From the NCBI GenBank assembly GCA_963662665.2, contig CAXXJS010000014.1, forward strand, positions 1 to 58,472: 58,472 nucleotides of DNA. The letters are read 5' to 3'. The stretch is from Candidatus Latescibacterota bacterium. GTDB lineage: Bacteria > Latescibacterota > UBA2968 > GCA-2709665. The translations under genes were made by a program, and so were the position numbers. The notes below the pieces were generated by a model. It searched no databases. It was not told the DNA's origin and was given only the letters and a program-made list of their open reading frames with translations. Below, in pieces: positions 10,370 through 20,554 of this stretch. The number at the start of each line of letters is the position of its first letter. The first letter of the stretch is position 1.

Positions 10370-11830
10370 GTGGCAGTCTCCGGAAAGCCACTGAACGAAC
10401 GGCCCGCCCACGAACTGACGGCGTCGATACTGTCGGGTGAAATAACATCCCGACAGCTCGTCGATGCCGTTTTTCATTGCATCCGTGCGACGGATCCCGG
10501 GATCAACGCCTACATCACCCTGAACGAGACGGAAGCGCTCCGCAAGGCGGAGGAAGTAGACTCCAGAATATCGGCCGGCGATCCTGTAGGGCCGCTGGCG
10601 GGCATTCCGGTCGCCCTTAAGGACCTGCTTTGCACGCGGGACCTGCTCACCACGGCTGGTTCCCGCATTCTGGAGAATTTCATTCCTCCCTACGACGCGA
10701 CTGCCGTCGCGCGGCTGCGCGAGGCCGACGCGGTTATCGTTGGCAAACTCAACATGGACGAGTTTGCCATGGGTTCCTCCAACGAAAACTCGGCGTACGG
10801 TCCGGTGCGACATCCCCACGATCCCACCCTGGTACCCGGCGGTTCCAGCGGCGCCAGCGCCGCTAGCGTTGCGGCCAATCAGACCGTACTCGCCCTGGGC
10901 ACGGATACGGGCGGCTCCATCCGGCTGCCTGCCTCCTTCTGTGGCGTGGTCGGTCTGAAGCCCACCTACGGTCTGGTCTCCCGTTACGGTCTTGTTGCGT
11001 ACGCGTCCTCACTGGACCAGATCGGTCCCCTTGCACGGAACGTGACGGATACCGCCCTGCTTCTCAACGTCATTGCCGGACATGACCTGCGGGATTCCAC
11101 GTCGGTGGACCTGCCCGTACCAGATTACGGGGCGGGTTTGCATGCCGGCGTCTCCGGCCTGAAAATCGGTCTTCCGACTGGATTTTTCGGTGAGGGACTG
11201 CGCGATGATGTACGGGAATCAATAATCCGAAGTGTTGATATCCTGAAAAACGCCGGAGCGGAGATTCATGAGATCGACCTCCCCGTAGCCTGTCATCCGG
11301 CCTACTCCATAGCCTCCTATTACATCATTGCCACGGGAGAAGCATCCTCGAACCTTTCCCGGTATGACGGCGTCAGGTACGGCATGCGAACCGAAGGCCA
11401 TGACCTGATCGACATGTATTGCCGAACCCGCAGCGCGGGATTCGGCGCGGAGGTCAAACGCCGCATCATGCTCGGCACCTATGCCCTGAGCGCGGGCTAC
11501 TACGATGCGTATTACCTGAAGGCCCAGAAGGCGCGCACCCTTATCAAGCGCGATTTCGACCGTGCTTTCGAAACCTGCGACCTGCTCGCCTCGCCCGTTT
11601 CACCTGCACCGGCTTTCCGTATCGGCGAGAAAATCGATGACCCGCTCCAGATGTACCTCTCCGACATCTACACCGTCTCGGTCAACCTGGCCGGCATTCC
11701 GGGTATCTCGGTCCCCTGCGGCGTGTCGCCAGAGGGATTGCCCATCGGGCTGCAACTCTTGGCGCCGGCCTTCAAAGAAGAGAATCTGCTCAGGTCGGCC
11801 TACGTTGTCGAACAGGAGTCGTCCGGATGA
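10370..11830 (+). CDS. gatA: Asp/Glu-tRNA amidotransferase subunit A
   Basis: Amidase signature [23 protein letters not shown]; [18 protein letters not shown]. Confidence 0.96.
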   Translation: MAVSGKPLNERPAHELTASILSGEITSRQLVDAVFHCIRATDPGINAYITLNETEALRKAEEVDSRISAGDPVGPLAGIPVALKDLLCTRDLLTTAGSRILENFIPPYDATAVARLREADAVIVGKLNMDEFAMGSSNENSAYGPVRHPHDPTLVPGGSSGASAASVAANQTVLALGTDTGGSIRLPASFCGVVGLKPTYGLVSRYGLVAYASSLDQIGPLARNVTDTALLLNVIAGHDLRDSTSVDLPVPDYGAGLHAGVSGLKIGLPTGFFGEGLRDDVRESIIRSVDILKNAGAEIHEIDLPVACHPAYSIASYYIIATGEASSNLSRYDGVRYGMRTEGHDLIDMYCRTRSAGFGAEVKRRIMLGTYALSAGYYDAYYLKAQKARTLIKRDFDRAFETCDLLASPVSPAPAFRIGEKIDDPLQMYLSDIYTVSVNLAGIPGISVPCGVSPEGLPIGLQLLAPAFKEENLLRSAYVVEQESSG

Positions 11831-13293
11831 AGTACGAATCCGTTATCGGACTGGAGGTTCATGCCCAGCTTGCCACGCAGACCAAGATTTTTTGCGGTTG
11901 CAGCGTGTCTTACGGCGCCAAGGCCAATTCGCGCACCTGTCCGGTCTGTCTTGGACTGCCCGGCGCGCTGCCGGTGTTGAACCGGGAGGCCGTCGAACAC
12001 ACCATCCGCATCGCGCTGGCGGTCGGCTGCACGGTCCAGGGGCGAAGCCGCTTCCTGAGGAAGAATTATTTCTACCCCGATCTGCCCAAGGGGTATCAGA
12101 TTTCCCAGTTCCAGTCCAACGACGAAATGCCCCTGGCGACGGGCGGCGGAATCGATATCCCAACCGGAAATGCCACGAAGACCGTCCGCCTCATACGCAT
12201 ACACATGGAAGAAGACGCGGGCAAGAGCATCCACGACGAGGCGTTTGTGGCCGCAGGGGAATCGCTGGTTGACGTTAACCGCTGCGGCGTGCCGCTCATT
12301 GAACTCGTGAGCGAACCGGATATCGCTTCTCCGGAAGAAGCATCACAATTCATGTCCCGCCTTCGGCAGATACTGATTTATACGGGGGTTTCGGAAGGGG
12401 ATATGGAAAAGGGGCATATCCGCATTGACGCCAACGTGTCCATCAGGCCGGCCGGCGCGACCGGACTCGGCACCAAGGTCGAAATCAAGAACATGAACTC
12501 AATTCGGAACTGCCGGCGGGCCCTTGAGGCCGAAATCCTCCGGCAGATCGAAACGTCCGAGGCCGGCGGCGAAATCTTGCAGGAGACCCTGCTCTACGAT
12601 CCGGACCGCAACCGGTTGCGCCCCATGCGAGGCAAGGAGTCTTCCGACGACTATCGGTATTTCCCCGAGCCGGACCTCGTTCCTGTCGTCATCGGCCGGG
12701 AATGGATAGATCGGGTACATACCAACGTTCCCGAGTTGCCCGAAGCGAAACGCGATCGTTTCGAATCCGCGTACGCCCTGAGGCCGGACCAGGTCGATAC
12801 CCTGATCGCCGACCGGAAAGTGGCCGACTACTACGAAGCTGCCGTTTCGGCGGGCGCCGACGCCACAACTGCCGCAAACTGGGTTCAGGGCGACGTCCTT
12901 CGCACGCTCAACGAGAGAAAGACAGACATCGATGGACTCAGGGCGACACCGGAACGCCTCGCGGCGCTGCTGAAACTGATCGAAGCCGGCGCCATCAGCG
13001 CGAGCATCGGCAGGACGGTTTTCGCCGAGATGGCCGAGACCGGCGCCGCACCCGAAACCGTCGTGGAACAAAAGGGACTCGCGCAGATCAGCGATTCGGC
13101 CCGGATCGAAGATCTGATTGAAAAACTGATTTCGGAACATTCTGACGCGGCCGACAGATACAGGAGCGGCGACAGAAAGCTTCTGGGGTTCTTTATGGGG
13201 CAGGTCATGAAAGCCACGAGGGGCCAGGCGAACCCGCAAGTGGCGAACCGGCTGTTGCGCGGGAAGCTGGAGGATGGAACCGTTCAGAACTGA
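11827..13293 (+). CDS. gatB: Asp/Glu-tRNA amidotransferase subunit B
   Basis: [51 protein letters not shown]. Confidence 0.97.
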   Translation: MKYESVIGLEVHAQLATQTKIFCGCSVSYGAKANSRTCPVCLGLPGALPVLNREAVEHTIRIALAVGCTVQGRSRFLRKNYFYPDLPKGYQISQFQSNDEMPLATGGGIDIPTGNATKTVRLIRIHMEEDAGKSIHDEAFVAAGESLVDVNRCGVPLIELVSEPDIASPEEASQFMSRLRQILIYTGVSEGDMEKGHIRIDANVSIRPAGATGLGTKVEIKNMNSIRNCRRALEAEILRQIETSEAGGEILQETLLYDPDRNRLRPMRGKESSDDYRYFPEPDLVPVVIGREWIDRVHTNVPELPEAKRDRFESAYALRPDQVDTLIADRKVADYYEAAVSAGADATTAANWVQGDVLRTLNERKTDIDGLRATPERLAALLKLIEAGAISASIGRTVFAEMAETGAAPETVVEQKGLAQISDSARIEDLIEKLISEHSDAADRYRSGDRKLLGFFMGQVMKATRGQANPQVANRLLRGKLEDGTVQN

Positions 13294-13451
13294 TCCGGCC
13301 CCCGCGCGGGACAACCTGGAGACCGCGAGGCGCGTGCTCACGAGAAACCGCCGGGATGCATTCGCCTGTACCCGTCCGTCGCCACCGCCGATTTTTCGGC
13401 GCCACACACTTCCCCGCCCGGCATTGAACGGTTCTTTCAGCGCAAACACCC

Positions 13452-14132
13452 GTGAGCACCTATCTCGTCATCTTCGCCAGGAACCCCGTACCCGGCGCGG
13501 TCAAGACCCGTCTCCATTCCCGCTACACGCCAAAACAGACGGCGGCGATCTACCGCGCATTCATTCTGGATACCGTGAACACCGCGGAGACAGCTGACGC
13601 CCACCGGCGCTGCGTGGCCTTCGATCCACCCGGGGCGGAAGCCGAACTCGCCGATCTTTCCGGGCCGGGTTGGATCCTTTTCCCGCAGGTCTTCGGCGAT
13701 CTGGGCGAACGCATGTACCGAGCCGCCCGCCGCTGCTTCGATCTGGGCGCCGGGCGCGTGGTGATTCTGGGAACCGACGTACCTTCCCTGCCGGCCCGCC
13801 ACGTCGATCGGGCATTCGAACTCCTCGAAGACAAAGAGGTCGTGCTCGGACCCAGCATGGACGGCGGTTATTATCTCCTTGGCCTCGCGAGACCGGTCCG
13901 CGAAATCTTCCATGATATCGCATGGAGTACGCGGCACGTGTTCGCCCAGACGCTTGAAAGGGCCAATTGCATGCATCTCACCGTCGGTGTTCTTCCGGAC
14001 TGGTACGACGTGGACACGCCGGAGCAACTGGACCATCTCATCGACCACACGCGCGAGCACCTCCTGGCGGGTCTCGAGGACCCCATTCCTCACACGCGCG
14101 CCTGCCTGGAATCCATTGGCCGCCTGGAGTAA
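13452..14132 (+). CDS. TIGR04282/DUF2064-type glycosyltransferase-like protein
   Basis: FARNPVPGAVKTRL, GDLGERM, GTDVP, GPSMDGGYYLLG, DVDTPE. Confidence 0.85.
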   Translation: MSTYLVIFARNPVPGAVKTRLHSRYTPKQTAAIYRAFILDTVNTAETADAHRRCVAFDPPGAEAELADLSGPGWILFPQVFGDLGERMYRAARRCFDLGAGRVVILGTDVPSLPARHVDRAFELLEDKEVVLGPSMDGGYYLLGLARPVREIFHDIAWSTRHVFAQTLERANCMHLTVGVLPDWYDVDTPEQLDHLIDHTREHLLAGLEDPIPHTRACLESIGRLE

Positions 14133-14183
14133 CTGAATGGACGGATTTGGCCCACACCAAACCAGCTTCCCAGGGAAAACCGG

Positions 14184-15326
14184 ATGAAGATTGCCCGTAT
14201 CGAACAGTTTTTCCCGCGGCCGCGTACACGGCTGCTGAGAATCACAACCGATAACGGCCTTGAGGGTTGGGGAGAAACCACCCTGGAAGGCAGACCCCGA
14301 AGCACCGAGGCCGCCGTCGGGGAACTCGCAGCCTATCTAACCGGCAAAGACCCACTCCGGATCCAGCACCACTGGCAGCATATCTACCGTTCCGCGTTCT
14401 ACCGGGGAGGCGCCGTTCTGATGACAGCCCTTTCCGGTATCGACCAGGCGCTCTGGGACATCGCGGGGAAGCACCACGGCATGCCCGTGTACCAGTTGTT
14501 TGGCGGGCCGGTCAGGGACCGGATTCGGGTCTATGCCCACTGGGGCATCGGCGGGCTTACGGACGAAGCGCTGGCCGTTTCAAGGCAACGGCTGGACACC
14601 CTCCGGAAAACGGGAGGGTACACGGCGTTCAAAACCGGGCCAGGGGGCAAGTGGCGTGCTCACGAACCTCCCGCCGTCATCGATGAATTCGTCCGCAGGG
14701 CGTTCCTGATGCGGGAGTGGGTCGGGCCCGACGTGGAGCTCTGTTTCGACTTCCATGGAAAGATGACACCCGCCCTGGCGGTTGAGATCTGCCACGAACT
14801 CAAAGGCATGCGCCCGATGTTCGTTGAAGAACCCGTACCACAGGAAAACGTGGATGCCCTCAAACACGTCTCCGACCGGGTTCCATTTCCTATCGCTACC
14901 GGTGAGCGGCTGCTCAGCAGATGGGAATTCCGGCGGATCTTCGAAAACCAGGCCGCGGCCTATATCCAACCGGACCTTTCACACGCCGGAGGCATTACCG
15001 AAACTCTCAAGATCGCCAACATGGCTGAAGTCTACTACATGCACATCATGCCGCATTGCGCCATTGGACCCGTCGCATTCACGTCATGCCTCCACGTCGA
15101 CGCCGCCGTTCCCAACTTTCTGATTCAGGAGCAGGTCGACGCAGGTCTCGGAGACGGACTGCTGATGAATCCGTGGCAAGTGAAAGACGGGCACATCCGG
15201 CTTCCTGTCGAACCCGGCCTCGGGATTGAACTCGACGAACGCGAAGTCCAGAAAAGGAGCGACGACACAGAGGAACTCGGCGGGGAATATTACCACGAGA
15301 CCGACCGGAGCGTGGCCGATTGGTAG
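14184..15326 (+). CDS. dgoD: Galactonate dehydratase (enolase superfamily)
   Basis: GWGE, AFYRGG, SGIDQALWDIAGK, DFHG, EEP, ATGER, QPD, PHC. Confidence 0.85.
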   Translation: MKIARIEQFFPRPRTRLLRITTDNGLEGWGETTLEGRPRSTEAAVGELAAYLTGKDPLRIQHHWQHIYRSAFYRGGAVLMTALSGIDQALWDIAGKHHGMPVYQLFGGPVRDRIRVYAHWGIGGLTDEALAVSRQRLDTLRKTGGYTAFKTGPGGKWRAHEPPAVIDEFVRRAFLMREWVGPDVELCFDFHGKMTPALAVEICHELKGMRPMFVEEPVPQENVDALKHVSDRVPFPIATGERLLSRWEFRRIFENQAAAYIQPDLSHAGGITETLKIANMAEVYYMHIMPHCAIGPVAFTSCLHVDAAVPNFLIQEQVDAGLGDGLLMNPWQVKDGHIRLPVEPGLGIELDEREVQKRSDDTEELGGEYYHETDRSVADW

Positions 15327-15355
15327 GGCGCTCCCGCCGCCCGACCAAAGACGAA

Positions 15356-16654
15356 TCACGCGTCAGCAGACGTCGTGTCGCTGTCTATCCCGCGCCAGTG
15401 CCTGCGAATCGGTACGGGCACCACCGTCGCCTCCCAGTAGTCCCCAGGCAGGTCCTGCCACGGCGCGACGGTCTGGGCGTCCCGATCCCATACGACCTCA
15501 CCTTTACGGAGCGTCAGTTTGCACACAAGACGCTCGGACCCGTCCATGCGTCCCCATCCGCAGTCACGGAAAGAAAACGCACCCTCGAGACGGGCGAGTA
15601 CCGCAACGTCGGCCTCGGCGCCTGCCCCGAGCGTGCCCAGATCCTGCCGGCCGATCGCCTGCGCCGGCGCTGCCGTCGAGCGGTAGATCACTTCCCGCAA
15701 GGGCATTCCCATCATAAGACACTTGGACATCGTGTCGGTCATACTGACCACGGACCCGTGGATATTTCCGGTATGCAGGTCCGTGCTGATCGAGTCCGGC
15801 GGAAACCCGTCCGCCAGGGCAGGCACGCCGTTTCGGTACCAAAAGCTCGCCGCGCCGTGGCCCAGATCGAACCAGACGCCGCGTTCCCTTGCCTTGAACA
15901 TGTAGTCACGAACCCGCCCATTCCCGTCGACCACGGGAAACTGCCGCGCGAAAACGTGCGTGTGGATGTCGCCGCCACGCAGCTTTTTCAGAATCAGATC
16001 CGGATAGGACCGCTCCGGGGGCCGTGGCCAGAAGTCGACCATCACCGGCATCCCGCACAGGTTACCCGCCTCCACCGCCTTCTCGACCGACGCCCATGGG
16101 GGATGGTCGAGGTCAAACGGCTCTCGAGGCCAGTAGTGGGCCGTCTTGATGCCGACAACCACGTCCCTGTGATCCATCGCGGCCGACGCCGCGCCCGCAG
16201 CGTCGAACGTACGGATATCCTGCTCCGAGCTTCCCATCCCCGGCGCCGAGATATTGACATAGGCCAGAATCCGGCAGGTCTTTCTTTCCATCACGGTCTG
16301 CCTGAAATGGGAGATTTCGTCGCACCCCGCCGTCCCGGTATCCACGCAGGTCGTCACCCCGTCGCTCAAAAAGTGCGCATCCGCGTTCAGACTGCCCGTA
16401 AATTTACCGGGCGCCGGGTCCAGCCGACTGTCGTAGGCGTGGACGTGAATGTCCACCAGCCCCGGCGTGACCAGCAGGCCCGCTGCGTCGATGACGTGCG
16501 CCGCCCGTTCTCCGGCGATCCCGTGGGAAACCTCGGCGATCTCTCCGTCGCGAATGCCCACGTCCCGAATTTCGTCCACGCCATTTGCGGGATCAATGAC
16601 GTGCCCGCCCTTGAGCAGCAGATCCAACCGAATATCCTCCGATACCTTTTCCAT
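15356..16654 (-). CDS. Amidohydrolase/deacetylase-family metallohydrolase (dihydroorotase-like)
   Basis: PGLVDIHVH, GVTTCVDTG, GDIHTH, FDLGHG, ISTDLH. Confidence 0.88.
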   Translation of the reverse strand: MEKVSEDIRLDLLLKGGHVIDPANGVDEIRDVGIRDGEIAEVSHGIAGERAAHVIDAAGLLVTPGLVDIHVHAYDSRLDPAPGKFTGSLNADAHFLSDGVTTCVDTGTAGCDEISHFRQTVMERKTCRILAYVNISAPGMGSSEQDIRTFDAAGAASAAMDHRDVVVGIKTAHYWPREPFDLDHPPWASVEKAVEAGNLCGMPVMVDFWPRPPERSYPDLILKKLRGGDIHTHVFARQFPVVDGNGRVRDYMFKARERGVWFDLGHGAASFWYRNGVPALADGFPPDSISTDLHTGNIHGSVVSMTDTMSKCLMMGMPLREVIYRSTAAPAQAIGRQDLGTLGAGAEADVAVLARLEGAFSFRDCGWGRMDGSERLVCKLTLRKGEVVWDRDAQTVAPWQDLPGDYWEATVVPVPIRRHWRGIDSDTTSADA

Positions 16655-17140
16655 TGTACGATGCTCCCTTTGTCAGTCCGTTAATAGAGTCGCTCTGCAG
16701 GCGAGCCCTGGTCTTTGTGGCCGAAGACAAAGCGCGCGACCGCGTCGAATCCGGGATTCGGTGAGGGTGCGCAATGCAGTCATTCGGCCGCAAGTCCCGG
16801 ACGCAGCCCGGATGCACCTCTTCAACGGGCTGTTATGGGTTGAATGACGACTTCGGGCGGTTTGGCGACCGTTGCGTTTCCGACCGCCCTTTCCCCGGCG
16901 GGTCCGGTATGGATTTTGTGGCCGAGGCGCCCGTTGAAATGAAACATGCGTTTTTCGGTTCTGACGGTATGTCCGGTTGTGTATTTATCCGGCATTTATT
17001 CGGCGACTAGGATTTTGATATTGGACCGCCGTATGTTATATTACAGGCGAAAATGCCGATGTTCGCCGGCGTTCGGAGCAACAGCAGGCAGGCATCGGAA
17101 AGGAAGAGACTCCGGCCGGAGACTTTGCCCTGGAGTAACG

Positions 17141-17683
17141 GTGATACGTAAGAAGCACGGACTCAACAAATACCAGAAGCGTGCGTTCAGAATCGGGGAA
17201 GCGCGCGTCAACGGCGAGAACATCGCGAAGCTTATTGAACTCTCCCGCAGCAGCGACGCTGAAGATCGCAAAACCGCCGCCGATTTTCTGTGCCCCTGCC
17301 ACGTCCGCCGCCGCCTTGAGGACGTCTGGCGCGCGCTTTACCGTTTGCTCGAAGACCCCCATCAGGGCGTACGCAAAGCCGCCTGGCATACACTGGAAGA
17401 CGGCGGACGGCCGGACGACCCGGCTCTCGATGCCATTTTCGAACGCGCGTCACAAAACGACCCCGACAAAGGCATACGGCGCCAGGCTGCCGCCTATATG
17501 AGAGTCCGCCGGGAACACGCGGATTTCGTCCAGGAGGCGGCAGCGCGAAACATCTATCCCGATCGCGGCAAATGCGACTTCTGCGGTTCGGCCGATGTAT
17601 TTGTGAAAACCGACTTTGATACCGAAATTCCTGACGGTGGCCAGACGCGTTTCAGTCTCGTCTGCAAGGCTTGCTCCGGCTGA
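17141..17683 (+). CDS. HEAT-repeat protein with CPCH motif and C-terminal zinc ribbon
   Basis: GGAG RBS + GTG; LLEDPHQGVRKAA and DPDKGIRRQAA HEAT repeats; CDFC...CKAC. Confidence 0.7.
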   Translation: MIRKKHGLNKYQKRAFRIGEARVNGENIAKLIELSRSSDAEDRKTAADFLCPCHVRRRLEDVWRALYRLLEDPHQGVRKAAWHTLEDGGRPDDPALDAIFERASQNDPDKGIRRQAAAYMRVRREHADFVQEAAARNIYPDRGKCDFCGSADVFVKTDFDTEIPDGGQTRFSLVCKACSG

Positions 17684-17711
17684 GTCCCCTGTCCATAACA
17701 GTGGAGGAACC

Positions 17712-18503
17712 ATGCAGATCATTGTTCATGACAAAGACGAACTTAAGGATCGCTGGAACGGCCTTCAGAACTTCCTCTTCGACCCGGGGTACTTTCGATT
17801 CGACCTGGCGTTACCCCCCGCAGACGAAATCGTGGACATCCTTCGAAAAGACGGTCAGGCACGGATCAATGTACCCGGCGACATCTCAGAAGATGAGAAA
17901 AAAGCACGGGTTGAGGAATTCAAAACGCTTCCCATCGCCGACGTTGTCGACCGCCCGTTTTCGCTGGCCCACTTCCACCTGCAGAACTTCTACGGCGAGG
18001 GTCAGTTTCTACGGGATTTCCAGGAAAGGGTCATGATTCCGTGGCGTACTTTTCTGGCGTCTGGCGGATTTACCTGGCAACGCTGTTACCCCATCATTTT
18101 CATTTCAGGGAAGCATTGCCACTCCTCCTACCACATGGATACGTCGCACGTCGTGGCCTGGCAGGTCTGGGGCGTAAAATACTTCAATGCATTCAAGGAT
18201 CCCTACAAATATGCACCGCTCCACGACGCCGTCAACAACCGTGAGACACTCCGACGGTCGGACGGTCCGCCTGAACATGACCCGGACGACGTCCTGTCAT
18301 ACAAGATGGTAAAGGGCGACCTGCTCTGGAATCAGTTGCTCACCCCCCATTGGGTGCCGGCGGGCGACAGCGTCGCCGTGAGCGTCAACATCTCGCACGG
18401 CGGCATCGCTTACGACGGACAATTCAGCCCCAACGAGGCGGCCCTGAGAAAACGCTGGAAAACCCATCCCAAAGAAGCATGGCTCGTGGATACACGTTAC
18501 TGA
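17712..18503 (+). CDS. JmjC/cupin-like Fe(II)-dependent protein
   Basis: GGAGG RBS; HMD (HxD), WQVWGVKYF, GDLLW, PHWV distal His. Confidence 0.7.
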   Translation: MQIIVHDKDELKDRWNGLQNFLFDPGYFRFDLALPPADEIVDILRKDGQARINVPGDISEDEKKARVEEFKTLPIADVVDRPFSLAHFHLQNFYGEGQFLRDFQERVMIPWRTFLASGGFTWQRCYPIIFISGKHCHSSYHMDTSHVVAWQVWGVKYFNAFKDPYKYAPLHDAVNNRETLRRSDGPPEHDPDDVLSYKMVKGDLLWNQLLTPHWVPAGDSVAVSVNISHGGIAYDGQFSPNEAALRKRWKTHPKEAWLVDTRY

Positions 18504-18652
18504 CAAAACCGCCGTTCTGTCTATGCACGGCTGCAACCCTGGTCGTTGACAGACCACGTATCTGCCAGGCGGAACCCTGGCCCGGTGTTCAGACGCGGCG
18601 CGAAACTCGGAATGCGATCGGCAACCAGGAATCATTTTATAGTAAATTCCAT

Positions 18653-19483
18653 ATGGCCTACGCAAAACAGGACGCCCATCCGGCTTCAGGATGGCGTCTG
18701 AATCTTCGGAACATCATTTTTACAACAGACACTCGCGCGGGCAAGCGCTTTGGTCTCCTGCTCATTGCCAGCATCATTCTGAGTGTTCTGACAGTGATGC
18801 TGGACAGCATCGACACCGTCCGGGAGACCCACGGCGAACTGCTTTATGGCCTCGAATGGTTCTTTACGCTGATCTTCACCCTTGAATACTTCATGCGGCT
18901 GATCTGCGCCAGCCGCCGATTGAAATATGCAACATCCTTCTTCGGTGTCGTCGACCTGCTCGCCATCGTACCCACCTACATCAGCCTGCTCGTGCCTGGC
19001 AGCCAATATCTCGTGGTCATTCGTATCCTCCGCGTACTGCGTGTATTTCGCGTCCTTAAACTTGTGCAGTACCTGGACGCCGCCCAGATGATGGCCCGGG
19101 CAATCCGCTCAAGCTACCGAAAAGTCGCGGTTTTTGTAATTACCGTTTTGACGACGGTTGTCATCCTTGGCTCGCTGATGTACGTAATTGAAAACCCTGA
19201 AAACGGCTTCACCAGCATTCCCAGAAGCGTCTACTGGGCCGTTGTCACCCTCACCACCGTCGGATACGGCGATATTTCACCCAAAACCGCACCCGGACAA
19301 ATCCTTGCGACCGTTGTGATGTTACTTGGGTACAGCATCATCGCCGTGCCCACGGGCATCCTGTCGGTTGAAATCATCCATGCCGCGAAAGGCCGGTCCG
19401 CCACCCGATTCTGCCCGGGATGCAATGCCGAAATCCGTGAGGCCGATGCGAATTATTGTGGATACTGCGGCACGAAACTATAG
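18653..19483 (+). CDS. Voltage-gated potassium channel (ion transporter)
   Basis: S4 RILRVLRVFRVLK; TVGYGD filter; C-terminal CPGC/CGYC ribbon. Confidence 0.95.
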   Translation: MAYAKQDAHPASGWRLNLRNIIFTTDTRAGKRFGLLLIASIILSVLTVMLDSIDTVRETHGELLYGLEWFFTLIFTLEYFMRLICASRRLKYATSFFGVVDLLAIVPTYISLLVPGSQYLVVIRILRVLRVFRVLKLVQYLDAAQMMARAIRSSYRKVAVFVITVLTTVVILGSLMYVIENPENGFTSIPRSVYWAVVTLTTVGYGDISPKTAPGQILATVVMLLGYSIIAVPTGILSVEIIHAAKGRSATRFCPGCNAEIREADANYCGYCGTKL

Positions 19484-20456
19484 TCCGCCGGTCGTGTTCG
19501 TTCTGGCGATTCTGGCAGTCGTATGTTGCCGACCGGCATCCGGCCCGCCTGAAAAGCGGGAATCCGATCTTTGCGTGCGCGCCGAAACCGCGTTGAAACA
19601 CGGCGACGACGAAAAAGCGATGGCGTTCTACCGTGAAGCCATCGCCGTTCATTCTGAATCCGTGCGGGCACGGCTTGGTCTGGCGGGCATTCTGACGGGA
19701 CGACGACGGTTTGCCGAAGCAACGGAAACCCTGAAGGCTGCTTTTACCTTCGTGTCGAGTTTTCGGGAATGGATGGAATACGCGCGCGCCCTTAGAGACG
19801 CCCGGGCGGACAAAGAGGCCGAGGCTGCCTTTTTCAGAGCGGCCGAAAAAATGCCGGAAAACCCCGGGCCGTCGCTGGAGTTGGCCGGGTTCTATCTCTT
19901 TGCGGGAATCCTCGATAGCGCCGAAACCCATTTTCGGCGCGCAAGATCCCTCGGCGGCGACCGCGGCGCAATTCACGCCGGCCTGGGACGGATTCACTTC
20001 AGCCGAGGCGACCTCGACTCGGCCGCGGCCCGCTTTCGACGGGCTCTGAAGGAATACCCGGAGGATATCGATCTGCTCTGCGATATCGCCCGGAACGAAC
20101 TCCGGAGGAAGCGGCCGAGCCTCGGCCTGCGCCACCTCCGCCGTGCGGTCGCCCTGGATCCCTATCGTCCCCGCACGCGATATCTGCTGGGGCGGGCACT
20201 GCTCGCTCTTGGGCATGAAGCGGACGGCAAAGCGCAACTGGATGTTTTCAAGCGCCAGAGCAGGCTGGCCGCACGCATCCGCTTCCTGGAAGACAGCGCA
20301 GCAAAGAACCCGTCGGCGGAACGCTACCAGGCCCTTTCGCACTTCTATAGTCTGGCCGGCAAGGACAGCCTGGCAGGGGCGTGCCTGCAGAGGGCGACCG
20401 CACTGAATCCTCTGGTTACCGCACCCCGGGAAGCTATTGGAACCGGCCGCTTCTGA
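19446..20456 (+). CDS. Tetratricopeptide-repeat protein, probable lipoprotein (start uncertain)
   Basis: Hydrophobic stretch ending LAVVCC; repeated TPR helices (A...FRRAL..P, YLLGRALL). Confidence 0.7.
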   Translation: MRIIVDTAARNYSPPVVFVLAILAVVCCRPASGPPEKRESDLCVRAETALKHGDDEKAMAFYREAIAVHSESVRARLGLAGILTGRRRFAEATETLKAAFTFVSSFREWMEYARALRDARADKEAEAAFFRAAEKMPENPGPSLELAGFYLFAGILDSAETHFRRARSLGGDRGAIHAGLGRIHFSRGDLDSAAARFRRALKEYPEDIDLLCDIARNELRRKRPSLGLRHLRRAVALDPYRPRTRYLLGRALLALGHEADGKAQLDVFKRQSRLAARIRFLEDSAAKNPSAERYQALSHFYSLAGKDSLAGACLQRATALNPLVTAPREAIGTGRF

Positions 20457-20554
20457 TCTGATCGGTTCCCGGATCTACGCCGGGGGGATTGACGCCTCTT
20501 TTCGCACGCTGAAAGCCGACCGAACTCAACCACGTATAGGGAAATTGGCAATCC

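Noticed and set aside
10133-13293. gatC missing before gatA-gatB
   Set aside because: gatC is often unlinked, and tatA-gatA adjacency occurs in FCB-group genomes
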